A stretch of DNA of 64,000 nucleotides from Octopus vulgaris (Eukaryota): positions 558,001 to 622,000 of the forward strand of contig OX597814.1 of NCBI GenBank assembly GCA_951406725.2, in the 5' to 3' direction. Made by a program: the position numbers and the translations under genes. The notes under the pieces were generated by a model, which was given only the letters and a program-made list of their open reading frames with translations, was not told the DNA's origin and did no database searches. Positions 13,000-26,327 of this stretch are shown piece after piece; position 1 is the stretch's first letter, and every line of letters begins with the position of its first letter.

Positions 13000-13600
13000 A
13001 TTTCTTTATTGACCTCAAAGTGTTTACATTAAGAAAACCATGGAAGACGGCAGAGGGCAAAACACTGAGTGTGTCAGTGTGAGGGTTTTGTGTGTAAACA
13101 GGTGTGACAAAAAATGTTGTAATAATATTTTAACAATGAGTATTTCTCAGCAGGGATGAGACGTTTGAGGGCTGCTCATGGGGAAAACCCCACAGAACCA
13201 CGAATGCCCTGATTTCTAGGGCAGGTACCTTCTTTTCTCAGTTCCTTATCTTCGATTTACAGGTGTATGCTCAGGGGACAGGCTCATTCATTCACACCTT
13301 GCTCGCCATTCTCATCCACCTTTCTACAAAATGGCTAGAAGACAACACCTCCCACTCCACCCTTATAATCTTCTTCAAGTGAAACTTGAAGGAATTTATG
13401 AAGGGTTGGCCAAAAAGGAAAGTGTTCGCCTTCAACTTCTTCAGTGTCACCCGCCATGACCAACAGGCATAAAGAAACCGCTCGACCTTCCGGGTTAAAA
13501 GAAGGCGGCGGGGCAGTCTTCATGATGGAATCAGTTGATAGCCGCATCCGTCACAAACACCCATAGGTTCTCCGTTTTTATGGAGGACGGATGGATCTCC
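13000..13600 (-). mobile_element. L1/Tx1-like LINE 3' fragment
   Basis: Decayed peptide 'FINSFKFHLKK...VE...FVERW', then a 3' UTR ending aataaagaaataag plus simple repeat. Confidence 0.45.
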
Positions 13601-14280
13601 GTCGCTTTTAGCGATGAAGATTCAGTTTTTCGATCAGCTGAATTATCTTCTCTTTGAATTAAGTATTTCAGTGGTTGAGTATTCCGCAGACACGTTTACC
13701 ATTAACGTAGTTCTCAGCAAGCATCAACGCAACAAAGCGTGTAACAAGACTGTAGCATTTGAATTGCAGGTATGATGCACCCGACAGGCCTAAGGCGACG
13801 CGCAGTGGGATCACGTCATAGCTGCGAAACGAACTACTTAAACCTTGGGCCATATTGGGTCTGGACACTTACAGAAAAGCTCACTTCTCGGTGTTTTAAC
13901 TAAGATCAAAGGCTAGTTAGCAATTTGGAAAACTGTAATCACGATACGTACATCTATTTTCTTGAGTCACAATCCATCTCTCTCTCACTTTTACTAGTTT
14001 GTTATTAGATTGTGGCCATGCTGGGGCACCGCTTTGAAGAATTTTAGTCAAACGAATGAATCCCAGTACTTAAATTTTTAAAAGCTTCGTATTTATTTTA
14101 TCGGTGTCTCTTGCCGAAACGATAAGTTACGGGGATGCAAACACACCAACACCGGTTGCCAAGCACACACACACACATGTATATATACATATAGTAGGAA
14201 TTTACAAAAAAAAAAAACGAAGACGGGTGTGTAAACAACAAGCAGATGTATTAGTTTAACGCTCGGGAAAGTGAGAAAGT

Positions 14281-14316
14281 CTTTTACGTTTCGAGTCTAC
14301 GCTCTTCGACAGAAAG
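14281..14316 (-). ncRNA. Hammerhead-like motif with CUGUCGA core, in a (TA)n-flanked ~180-bp element (other copies 21215-21250 -, 50453-50488 +)
   Basis: CUUU-CUGUCGA-A-GAGC(GUAG)RCUC-GAAA-C-GU-A-AAAG. Stem I CUUU/AAAG. Confidence 0.55.
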
Positions 14317-14372
14317 AAACAGAAAGAAACTGGGAAAAAAAAAGGTTTAGTGGCTAGCGACCAACCATGGCA

Positions 14373-14580
<208 letters not shown>

Positions 14581-15476
14581 AACACACACACACACACGAA
14601 TGACTTCTTTCAGTTTCTCTCTGCCAATCCACTCACAATGCTTTGGTGCCACGCATTGAGGCTGAACCCGGAACCATGTGGTTGGAAAGCAAACTTCTTA
14701 CCGCACACACACACACACACATACATATAACCTCTGCCGTTCCCAACCTACCAACACTTAAATGACTAACAACAACACCAACAAGATAAACGACTAAACT
14801 AAAAAACAATGACGTGAGATAATGTGGTAACCGAGTGCGTTTTAAAAGTTGAATGAAATCTCTTTGATCTTGCAAATTAACAAGAACAATATAAACACCG
14901 CCGCCGCCGCCGCCGTCCCACACGAAGACCAGTGCAATTAACACCTCCCACTGCCACCAGATTTTCAGCAACTTACTAGCAACAATAATACTAGTACTAA
15001 TAGTACTTTGTAAGTACTTGGTATTTCGTTATACAACCATAATGTTTTCTTTTCTAATCTAGGCACAAAACCCGAAAATCTGGGTGGAGGGGTGGGCCAG
15101 TCGATTAGATCGACCTCAGTATGCAACTGGTACTTAATTTAGCGACCCCGAAAGGATAAAAGGCAAAGTCGACCTCGGCGGAATTTGAACTCAGAACCTA
15201 GCGGCAGACGAAACACCTATTTCTTTACTACCCACAGGAGGCTAAACATAGAGGAGACAAACAAGGACAGACAAAGGGATTAAATCGATTACATCAACCC
15301 AGTGCGTAACTGGTACTCATTTAATCGACCCCCGAAAGGATGAAAGGCAAAGTCGACCTCGGCAGAATTAGAACTCAGAACGTAACGGCAGACGAAATAC
15401 GGCTACGCATTTCGCCTGGCGTGCTAACCATTCTGCCAGCTCGCCGCTGTGCAGCCATATTATAAAGTATAGTGTA

Positions 15477-15561
15477 AGCGAAGGTAAAGAATACGCACAC
15501 CCGGTGTTTAGGGTTAGGGTTACGCCGAAAACGGGTGGTGTGCGTATTCTTTACCTCCGCC
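15477..15561. mobile_element. 85-bp Mutator-like mini-MITE with internal TTAGGG repeats
   Basis: TIR gcgRaggtaaagaatacgcacac; 9-bp TSD tatagtgta; core tttagggttagggtta. Confidence 0.75.
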
Positions 15562-16959
15562 TATAGTGTATTGTAGTCTATTATGCTTGCACAACGAAAC
15601 CCCACTTACCTAGAAATCATTAATATTTACCTACCGGCTCCAGGGGTGCGTCTAACATGCAAATTGGTATATCCAATAATTAAACACCCCGTATGAGGTG
15701 GCTATATAAGTAATGTGTCCAGGGGTAAGAATGGGTTAGATGGGTGCTGAAGAAGGAGAGAAAAAAACCCCCTGGAATATGGCCTATACACTCATTCCCC
15801 ATTTTTGTCTTCGATCTCATTGCTTGTTTACCTCTGACATCTCGATACGAAACGTTGAGACAACGAAACGTAGAGACAACCTTAACCAAATAATAATAAT
15901 AGAATCAATATGATGGATGCCTGTCCTCACAAATGTCAATAGAATGTGGGGAGGTGGAGTAGGGTCTGGCGGCGATTTTATGGCTCAGAGGTGCAAGACG
16001 TGAAGTGTCGATGTCTCTGGTAGGCCTTCAAATAAATTATAGCCAAATACTACTTCATGCCAATGCATGTTGTCTTTGCTTTGCCCTCATGCTTTCCGAA
16101 ATCCGCCGAAACTACACCTGAATATACATACACTTTAGATGGGTTGGAGTGCACCTGAGCACTGTACACAATTATTATTATTATTATTATTATCCCACCT
16201 CGATCCTTCTTCCTTTCATCGTCTCATTTTCAGAAATACGGCAACATATTTTCGTTGCTCTTAGACAACAGGCGTGGCTGTGAGATAAGAAGTTTTTCTC
16301 TCAACCACAGGGTCCCAGGTTCAGTCCCACTACTTGACACATTGGGCAAGTGTCTTCTATTATAGCCCCGAGCTGACCAAAGCCCTGTGAAGGGATTTCG
16401 TAGACGGAAACTTAAAGCAACCCATCGTGGGTGACAAAGAGAGAGAGAGAGCATGTGTCTTTGTGTCTGTCCCCCCCCCCCCACTACTACTTGATAACCG
16501 GTGTTGGTATGTTTACGTCCCAGTAGTTTGGCAGTTCAACAAAAGACACCGGTAGAATAACTCTTTTACTTGTTTCAGTCATTTGACTGCGGCCATGCTG
16601 GAGCACCGCCTTTAGTCAAGGAAATCGACCCCAGGACTTATCTTTGTAAGCCTAGTACTTATTCTATCGGTCTCTTTTGCCGAACCGCTAAGTGACGAGG
16701 ACGTAAACACACCAGCATCGGTTGTCAAGCGATGTTGGGGGGACAAACACAGGCTCACAGACATATATATATACATATATACGACGGGCTTCTTTCAGTT
16801 TCCATCTACCAAATCCACTCACAAGGCTTTGGTCAGCCTGAGGCTATAGTAGAAGACACTTGCCCAAGGTGTCACACAGTGGGGCTGAACCCGGAACCAT
16901 GTGGTTGGTAAGCAAGCTACTTTATTTCAAAATTTTGCCATAAAGGCATACCATATATA

Positions 16960-17522
16960 TATGTTTCACTGTCATGTAGCCTGGCTGTTCACACACAGGC
17001 ATCATACAGTCTACCTTTCACTCTAAAGGAGAGGCCCTTTGTTACCAACAGAGATAGGAGCTCTCTGATCTTTGCCCAGCCTATTCTTATTCTAGTAGCT
17101 ATGCTCTCAGAACATCCCCCTCCATTCCTACTTACTAAGAGTTTCGTTTTTGTTAGATTAGCCCCTTTGGTTCCAGACCTTGCTTCCACACCTGAAACTT
17201 GTTTCTCTAGTTCTGGTAGTGATTCAGTTATCAGAACGAGATCATCAGCGGAGGTCTCAGGGGCAGCCCATCTTAAATTCCTCTCTTATTGCCTGGAGGA
17301 CTATGATAAACAAGAGGGGACTGAGGAATGATATTCTTGGTGAACCCCTACTTGGACTCTGAAATCATTGTTATATTCATTGCTCACCTTCACCCGACTG
17401 ACAGCATCCTTGCACATGACTTGAACAGCCCTCAAAAACCACTCCTCTATCCTTAGCTTCTGCATTGACCACCAGATTAGGGAGCAGGGGACTCTGTCAA
17501 AGGCTTTCTTTATGTCAACAAA
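16960..17522 (-). mobile_element. RTE-clade LINE RT fragment
   Basis: VDIRKAFDRVP, GVHQ, ADDLVL and 'RIRIGWAKIRELLSLL...VKGRLYDACV'; frameshifted. Confidence 0.85.
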
Positions 17523-17670
17523 TGTGGAAAAATTATTTTGTTTGGAGACATGTGAGGGTCGTCAGCAGGAAGAGCATCCAACCATAGAAAATCTGTGTCA
17601 ATAAACCCTGTCTGACCCATGAAGACATGGAAAAGTGAACGTAAAACCAACAACAATAATGATCAATGAA

Positions 17671-18710
17671 GGAGGCAGCGAGCTGGCAGAAACGTTAGCA
17701 CGCCAGGTGGAAATGCTTAGCGGTATTTCGTCTGCTGTTACGTTCTGAGTTCAAATTCTGCCGAGGTTGACTTTGCCTTTCATCCTTTCGGGGTTGATTA
17801 AATAAGTACCAGTTACGCACTGGAGTTGATGTAATCGACTTAATACCTATGTCTGTCCTTGTTTGTCCCTTCTGTGTTTAGCCCCTTGTGGGTAGTAAAG
17901 AAATAGGTATTTCGTCTGCCTTTACATTCTGAGTTCAAATCCCGCCAAGGTTGACTTTGCCTTTCATCCTTTCGAGATTGATAAATTAAGTACCAGTTGC
18001 ATACTGGGATCCACCTAATCGACTGACTCCCTCCCCCAAAATTCCAGGCCTTGTGCCTAGAGTAGAAATGAATATTTAAGGCCACAAGCTGGTTGAATTG
18101 TTAGCAGGCTGGATGAAATGCTTTGCAGTATTTTGACTGCCTTTACATTCTGAGTTCAAATTACGCCGACGTCAACTTTGCCTTTCATCCTTTCGGGGTC
18201 AATAAATTAAATACCAGTGAAACACTGGGGTCGATCTAGTCGACTGGCTCCCTCTCCCAAAATTTCAGGCCTTATGCCTAGAATACAAAACAATATTGTA
18301 TTATTTGTAAGGTGGCGAGCTGGCAGAATCTTTAGCACACCAGATGAAATGCTTAGCGGTATTTTGTCTGCCGTTACGTTCTGAGTTCAAATTCTGCTTA
18401 GGTCAACTTTGCCTTTCATCCTTTCGAGATTGATAAATTAAGTACCAGTTGCGTACTGAGTCCGTCTAATTCACTGGTTCCCTCCTCCAAAATTCCGGGC
18501 CTTGTGCCTAGAGTAGAAACAAATTATAGCAGAAACGTTAGCAAGCTGGACAAAATGCTTTGCGGTATTTCGTCTGTTTCTGTTCTGAGTTCAAACTGCG
18601 CTGAGGTTGACTTTGCCTTTCATCCTTTCAGAGTCAATAAATTAAGTACCAGTTGTGCACTGAGCCCCCTCCCCCCAAAATTTTGGGCCTTGTGCATAGA
18701 GTAGAAAAGA
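17671..18710 (+). mobile_element. Cluster of ~5 tandem family-B SINE units
   Basis: Repeated ttctgagttcaaat...gactttgcctttcatcctttcg...aagtaccagtt. Other copies at 8605-8800, 15050-15446(-), 43715-44128. Confidence 0.9.
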
Positions 18711-18714
18711 ATAA

Positions 18715-19017
18715 TCTTTATATATAAAATTGAAGTTGTGTGTGTGTCTGTCTCCTCCGATTTAGATTCCTAACTACTCCCACATTTTGCGGTGCTGTTT
18801 AACCAAAACCGGGTATCTTATAGTCGTCATTCATATCGAGCCCTTCTGGGTATTAGCGTGCGTCTACAATGAGTCAACGATTTAAAAAAATATTTACCAT
18901 CATTTTTCCGCATTTTTAATGATTTTTGCTCTGGTTATATAAGGGGAGTAACTCTCTAAAAATGCTTATATAGTTATTTCCCTTACAAACCCGAGCAACG
19001 CCGGGCGATACTGCTAG
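18715..19017 (+). mobile_element. Non-autonomous Helitron
   Basis: A|TC start, hairpin cccgagcaacgccggg, CTAG|T end. Confidence 0.8.
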
Positions 19018-19115
19018 TGATTGATAAAGCACAACTCAATAATAAATAAGTCAAACGCAAACAAAGCACAACCACAAATTATTGGTATTTTATTCGATTT
19101 ATTCAAATTATCCGA

Positions 19116-19151
<36 letters not shown>

Positions 19152-19871
19152 TCTCCTTCAGCATCTTTAATCAGCATCTTTGAACTCATTTCTTTCTCTC
19201 ATTGACTCCGACAATTCCAGACATTACAAATTATAGTGTGTCTCAACTGATCAATCGGTCTTGTTAAATAAAACCTTATAAAAAATCGTTTAGATATTTT
19301 TTTTGTTCCAAAGTTAATTTTGAAATGTTCACTGTCTCCTTTTTTTTTTTTTGTATTTATTTGAAAAAAGGTAAAAAAAAAAAAAACCTCAAACATTTTA
19401 TACAACGAAAAGGAGCGAACGAAACCAACTTTCCATTCCAACAGAAGACAAAAGAATTGAGAATTAAGAATAATATTCCAAAATATAAAGCAGAGAATAT
19501 ATTTAAAACTGTAAAAGATTAAAAAAAACTATTACATGTGTATATATATATATAAACATTGTTTTCACACACACACACACACACTCATGTATAAATATAT
19601 TCATGTGCATCTTTCTATGCACATTATATATATATATAAAACACACAGACGCACACACACACACACACACATATATATATGTATACATGTATGTGCTTTA
19701 GACACATATATATATATATACATACATATATAAACATACATGTATATATACATACATACATGTGTATAAATATATACGAGTGCTCACACACAGACACACA
19801 CACATGCTTATATATACGTATGTATGTGTATTGTATATTGAACCAAAAAGTACTCAGTATGGCAAGAACTA

Positions 19872-20216
19872 GATATCATTTAATGAACACAGAATTTATA
19901 CATGAACTACTTCAAGTTTCATGCTTGAATGATGCAGCAACAAGACAGGCGTATACAGTGTACCATGCATGACCCAGCAATTGATCAGACTCAAATGACA
20001 TAGGTACTCCATGAAAAAAGTGAGTAAAATGTTTTTCTTGTGATACTTTTCTTGTTTCTTCTTGTATTTCCCCATGGAGTAAATGGTCGTCTGAGCTCAA
20101 ATGATTGCCAGGTCGGTCATGCATGAAACAGTATACAGGTATGTCTTATAAGTGCACTATCAGAGCATGAAACTTGAAGTAGCTCAAGGATGAATCCTGT
20201 GTTCATGAAATCATCT
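19872..20216. mobile_element. Degenerate inverted repeat with decayed hammerhead cores, in the putative 3' UTR
   Basis: Arms share agcatgaaacttgaagtagYtc and ggtcatgcatg. Consensus GAGC-CUGAUGA...GAAAC-UUGAA-GU-A-GCUC. Confidence 0.4.
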
Positions 20217-20378
20217 GTGTGTATGTATGTATGTATATATGTATGTAGATATATGTGTGTGTGTGTGTGTATATGTATATGTATGTTTTTAGATATATAT
20301 TATAGAAAGATTTACATGTGTATGTGCATATATAGATGTATATATTTATACATGTATATATATATACACATGCACACA

Positions 20379-20423
<45 letters not shown>

Positions 20424-20725
20424 ATATATATATACACATGCATATATATATATATGCATGTGTATGTGCATATTTATATATGTATATATATATATATATA
20501 TACACACATGCACACATGCATATATATATATATATAAACATGCATGCATACATACATATATATATATACATGCGTACATACATATATACATGCACACACA
20601 CACACATACACATGCCTACATATTATATATATATATACCTGCATATGCACACATGCAAGTACACATATATTTGCTTAATCTCACAACATCCATGTCTATA
20701 ACACACACACACACACACATTCTGT

Positions 20726-20879
20726 TTACAAATCAATATTTTCCATTCCATAATGTTGATGATATAGTTGTTGTTGTTGTTCTTGTTCTTGACCACACTT
20801 CAAGACTTTGGCCATTTTTAGTAATTCCATCGTGATGTTGTGGCCATCATTATCGGTCAAAGGATTCTGCATAGAGTGG
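20726..20879 (-). CDS. Probable terminal coding exon (acceptor choice ambiguous)
   Basis: A pyrimidine tract plus ttacag at 20880 gives [10 protein letters not shown] second AG at 20867 gives [21 protein letters not shown]...ENIDL* (TAA 20726-20728). AATAAA signals on the minus strand near 19090-19103 would end a ~1.6 kb 3' UTR. Confidence 0.5.
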
Positions 20880-21308
20880 CTGTAAGGAAGGTATTAAAGA
20901 TGACCTCATTGTGACCTTTTTGTCAGTCAGGTCTCAAGATTTCTGGACAGTTAACACATTAAACTCGGTTCCTTCAGAGTTGGACTTTATTGGCTGGAAA
21001 ACAGACAAGAGACAGGTTTCTGTAGAGTTTCATACAAGATACTTGCTTTCAAACGAAACGATAAGTTACGGGGACGCAAACACACCAACACTGGTTGCCA
21101 AGCACACACACACATGTATATATACATATAGTTGGAATTTACAAAAAAAAAAGACAAACATGGGAGTAAAGAACAAGCAGGTGTATTAGTTTAACGCTCA
21201 GGAAGTGAGAAAGTCTTTTACATTTTGAGCCTACGCTCTTCGACAGAAAGGGACACAGAAATAAACAGGGAGAGGAAATAGAAAAAGGTTTAGTGGCTAG
21301 CAATTTAT

Positions 21309-21342
<34 letters not shown>

Positions 21343-21479
21343 TATACACACACACACACGCACACAAATGACTTCTTTCAAACAACAATAAATGTCAATC
21401 ATTGGGTTGGCAGGTGAGTAGTGGTGGGCAGCAGAAATCATGTGACACACACACATAAACATGTGAATTTAATGCATAG

Positions 21480-22660
21480 CCAGGTGTTCACCAAGGCTCA
21501 GTCCTAAGCCCCCACCCCCCCACCCCCGCTCATTCTTGTCTGACAATCCACAACAGAAGAATATAAGACTGGAAGAGCATGAGAACTTGTGATGATCGTG
21601 TTCTCATGACAGAATCTTTAACAGAACTAGAAAAGAAATTCCAGCTATGGAAGCAAAACTTGGAGTCAAAGGGACTTACGGTTAACCTCGCAAAGACCAA
21701 GGTCCCCGTAAGTAAGAAATCAAGCAGAACCCTACCCCTTTTTCGAACAGGGCCCATAACCCCTGTTCAATATGTAGAAAGGGCGTAAGCAGAAATTCCA
21801 TTCGGTGTACCAAGGGAAAGCTATGGATACGCAGAGAAGGTAGTGTTTACATGTGGACGATGTACAGGTGCCATAAAGACTCTCAGATACATGGGAGACT
21901 GATTTCCTCAAATGTCTCAGAGGCTTTCTGGTGGATAATAATTACTGCTGACCTAATTTGCAGTGAAGAGGATGTTCCAAAAGTGTAATTGCTAGAATAA
22001 GAATAGGATGGAGAAAATCCAGAGAAATTTTACCTGCATTGACAATCAAAGGTCTCTCTCTGAGCAAAAAGAAGGTTGTACAATGCATGTACACAAACAG
22101 CAATGGAGGCACAATGGCCCAGTGGTTAGGGCAGCGGACTCGCGGTCGGAGGATCGCGGTTTCGATTCCCAGACCGGGCGTTGTGTGAGTTTATTGAGCG
22201 AAAACACCTAAAGCTCCACGAGCTTTTTGTCCCCGACTTCCTATGCAACTGCTGAGCCTGGATGCACATTCACCCATCCGTCGATGGTGTCGGGGGTTGA
22301 CCTGCTTTCTCTTCTGCGGGTCTTACGAATAGCAAAGGACCTCGTTTCGGACTTCTCCCAAGGGATGAAGACCGCTCCGCTCAACAAACAAACAACAAAC
22401 ACAAACAGCAATTCTACATAGTAGTGAGACGTGAGCCTTGAATGCAGATGATATGCAAAAACTAGATAGGAATGAAGCTAGTATCCTCCTCCATTAGATG
22501 TGAAATATCAGGATACAAGTGAGACAGAGAGTACAGGGAGAAAAGTTGGGCATAAGAGGAATTAGAAGCAGCGAGCGTGAGAGAAGACGGCACTGGTTTG
22601 GTCAAGGGATGTGAATGGATGAGGATAGTTGAGGGAAGTTCTGGAAGTGGGAGACCCAGG
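21480..22660 (+). mobile_element. RTE LINE fragment interrupted by a SINE at ~22104-22380
   Basis: 'DDRVLMTESLTELEKKFQLWKQNLESKGLTVNLAKTKV'. Confidence 0.8.
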
Positions 22661-23637
22661 AAGATATCTAGTGTTTTATTGTACTCAAGAAGACTTGCCC
22701 ACCACAGCAGAATTGTTATCCAGAAAACCCACCTTGGTAATGTTTGTCCATGAGGGTTTTTGCTCCATTAACCTTCTTCCCCACCTGCATTTCATACCCT
22801 AAAACCCATCACTTCCCCTATCCCCTGAGTGCAGAACAGGCACATACTACATCCCCTGGCTTTCTCAGTTATCTATCCTCCCACCACCACCAGTTACCTT
22901 TATTCCCCTGCCTACTGTCCCCATCAATCCCCTCCTTTCCCTTCCCTATACTGCCCTCCATCATCAACTCCTCGCTTACCTGCTAACATCCTCAATGCCC
23001 TAACATATCTACTGCAACCCCTGCCCTCAAGCCTCTCCTAGGTTTCCCTCCGTTATTTGCTACGGTCACCTCATCCTGCCCCATTCACCCAGCCCAAGCC
23101 TCTATATCACCACCCCAAATGTCCCTCAACGACATGCCCCGACACATCTCTGCCATCTTCTCTCTCTCACTACCACTCTCTTTATCTTACTCTCCAACTC
23201 ATTCTCCTTTCTTTTCAAACTGGGATTTGAGAGGTTCTTGTCATGCAAGAAACTTTGGTGACCCTATTAGTGCTGGTGCCATATAAAAAGCACCCAGCAC
23301 ACCCTGTACACTGGCTGGTATTTGGAAGGGTATCCACCCATAGAAACCATGCCACAACAGACTATGGAACCTGGCATGGCTCCTAGCTTTGCAAACTTGT
23401 ATCACACTGCCCAACCCATACCAGCATGGAAAATGGACATTAAACGATGATGATGATGATAATGATGATGGCATATATATATATAAATTCAAATAAAGGT
23501 TAGAAACCTCATTAAGGGATAGCAAAATCCTATGAAAGTACTGATTAGTTACCTATACAAAGAATGTTGAACATTACATTTGATACTCAACTGTAAGGTA
23601 ACTATATAAACCGTGATTTATATTTATTTATTTATTA

Positions 23638-23978
23638 TAATAAGATAAGAAAATAAAGAGACAATTAATAAGTTATTATTTATTAATTAAAAAAATTGAC
23701 ATTTCTTACAACTGTTTCAATCCTAGATCTTCAGAAAATTAATTAATAATATTTAAAATTATTTTGAAAGTCGAATCTCGTCAGAGGTAGTTTAAGATAT
23801 ACAAAATATTTTGTCTATTTTAAGCTACCTCTGTTGAGATTTGACTTCCAAATAATTTTAAATTTTATTAATTAATTTTCTGAAGATCTAGAATTGAAAC
23901 AGCTGTAAGAGATGTTGTCAATTTGTTTTAATTAATGAATAATAAACTAATAATTGTCTCTCTATTTTCTTATATTAT
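23638..23978. mobile_element. ~340-bp near-perfect AT-rich palindrome with a hammerhead-like core in each arm
   Basis: Centre caaaatattttg at ~23801-23812. The arm reads UUUU-CUGAAGA-UCUAGRAUU-GAAAC-AGCU-GU-A-AGA (23876-23911); stem II is weak. Confidence 0.55.
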
Positions 23979-24549
23979 TGAGATATATGTATGTATGTAT
24001 GTATATCATCATCATCATTATCATCATCATCGTTTAGCATCCGCTTTCCATGCTAGCATGGGTTGGACGGTTCAACTGGGGTCTGGGAAGCCAGAAGGCT
24101 GCACCAGGCCATCAGATCTGGCTGTGTTTCTACAGCTGGATGCCCTTCCTTACGCCAACCACTCTGTGAGTGTAGTGGGTGCTTTTTACGTGCCACCGGC
24201 ACAGGTGCCAGACAAGGCTGGCAAACGACCACGATCGGATGGTGCTTTTTACGTGCCACTGGCACGGAAGCCAGTTAGGGCGGCGCTGGCTACAGCCACG
24301 TTCAGATGGTTCACTTATGTGCCACTGGCACTGGTATCACAGCTACAAATTCCATTGATGTTGATAGATTACGATTTTGATTTTGATTTTCTCTTGCCTC
24401 AACAGGTCTTCACAAGTGGAGTTTTGTGTCCCAAGAAGGAAAGGAAATATGTATGTATGTATGTATGTATGGCCCTGTGTCTATAAGCGTCTAATTATCT
24501 ATCTGTATATGTCTACATGAAAGGGAAAGTGCTTCTTCATACAACATAC

Positions 24550-24643
24550 CTGGTTCGTGTTGATCTTCCATTCATCATCAACAAGGAAGCGATATAAATA
24601 TTCGCCAGCTTCAAGGTCAAGGTTGAGCATGAAAGCCTCTTCA
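24550..24643 (-). CDS. Fourth coding exon: C-terminal half of the CBM48 domain (IEEAFMLNLDLEAGEYLYRFLVDDEWKINTNQ)
   Basis: Acceptor ctttattgcag|T, donor CAG|gtatgt; 94 nt (phase 2 to 0). Matches AMPK-beta 'FVAILDLPEGEHQYKFFVDGQW'. Confidence 0.85.
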
Positions 24644-25241
24644 CTGCAATAAAGTTGAGAAAAAAACATGAAGTGAATAACAGATATAGGGAGACATAGC
24701 TTTTAACATATATCTTTCTGTTCCTGTGTAACCCCAGGTCAGACATGAGCTGAACAGGCCGGGAAGATTAGAAGCACTGGCATGGTTGGGTGGTTGAGAA
24801 ACTTGTTTTACAGCCACTAGGTTTCAGGTTCAGTCCTACTGTGTGTCACTTTGGACAAGTGGCTTTTCTTATAGCCCCAGGCTGACCAAGGCCTTATCAG
24901 TGGATTTGGTAGACAGAAACTAGAAGAAGCCTGTTGTGTGTATATATGTATGTGTGTATGCATGTGTGTGTGTGTGTGTGTGTGTCTATGAATGTTTCGA
25001 TGCCAATGTCCCCTGACTGGCTCCCGTGCCAGTGGCACATAAAAGGCACTATCTGAACATGAGCAATGCCTGGCCCACCTGACTGGCACCTGTGCTAGTG
25101 GCACGTAAAAAGCACCCACTACAGTCTCGGAATGGTTGGCATTAGGAAGGGCATCCAGCTGTAGAAACATTGCCAGACCTCAGTCAAATTGTCCAACCCA
25201 TGCCAGCATGGAAAACGGACGTTGAAAGATGCTGATGCTGA

Positions 25242-25305
<64 letters not shown>

Positions 25306-25566
25306 TTATAAAATAGTATAAAATCTTTATAAGAATTTATCAAGTAGTCAGCATGAACAAAACCTCGAAAGGGAAAAATTATAATTATTCTCTTTAAAAT
25401 ATATTTATTTATATTAAGGACATTACTACGCTAGAATGCCTCACGCTATGAGAGACTATTAAAGTCAAAACTACCATAATAAATACATTTATTATTATTT
25501 ATTATGGTAGTCTTAACTTTAATAGTCCCTCATAGCATGAGGCATTCTAGTGTAGTAATGCCCTTA

Positions 25567-25606
<40 letters not shown>

Positions 25607-26080
25607 CATCATCATCATCATCATCGTTTAACGTCCATTCTCCATGCTAGCATGCGTTGGACGGTTCGACTGGGGATCTGGGAAGCCAGAAGGCTGCACC
25701 AGGCTCCAGTCTTATCTGGCAATGTTTCTACAGCTGGATGCCCTTCCTAACGCCAACCACTCCGTGAGTGTAGTGGGTGCTTTTTACATGCCACCTGCAC
25801 AGGTGCCAGGCGAGGCTGGCAACAGCCACAGTCGGATTGGTGCATTTTACGTGCCACCGGCACGGAAGCCAGTTGAGGCGGCACTGGCATCAGCCACGAT
25901 TCGGATGGTGCTTTTTACGTGCCACCAGCACGGAAGCCAGTCGAGGCAGCGCTGTCATCGGCCACGATTCAGATAGTGCTTTTAACGTACCACCAGTCCA
26001 GGGGTCCTGGCATCTGCCGGGTGCCAGTCATAGGATTGGTTCAATTTCGATTCCGATTTCGATTTCACTTGCCCCAACAG
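25607..26080 (-). mobile_element. SINE-like family C with ~64-bp internal repeats and a (GAT)n tail
   Basis: aggaagggcatccagctgtagaaac...ccaacccatgcYagcatggaaa..gacgttaaacgatgatg. Copies at 24010-24420, 25005-25245, 31375-31720, 33240-33650, 34605-35005, 56980-57295, 62570-62895. Confidence 0.85.
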
Positions 26081-26327
26081 GAGTGCCCTTGAAGAGTTTT
26101 ATCCAGTTAAGCTATCATTGAACAATTGTACTCATCATCATCATCATTATTTGTTTAACATCCATTTTTCCATGCTAGCATGGGTTGGACAGTTTGACTG
26201 GCGACTGGCAAGCCAGGAAGTTGCACCAGAGTAACCCATCAGAGTAAAATTATTTTTATTGTAACTGAACATAAAAACTAATATAAACATACATTCAGAC
26301 AGATAGGTGTATTTTTTTGTATGTATA

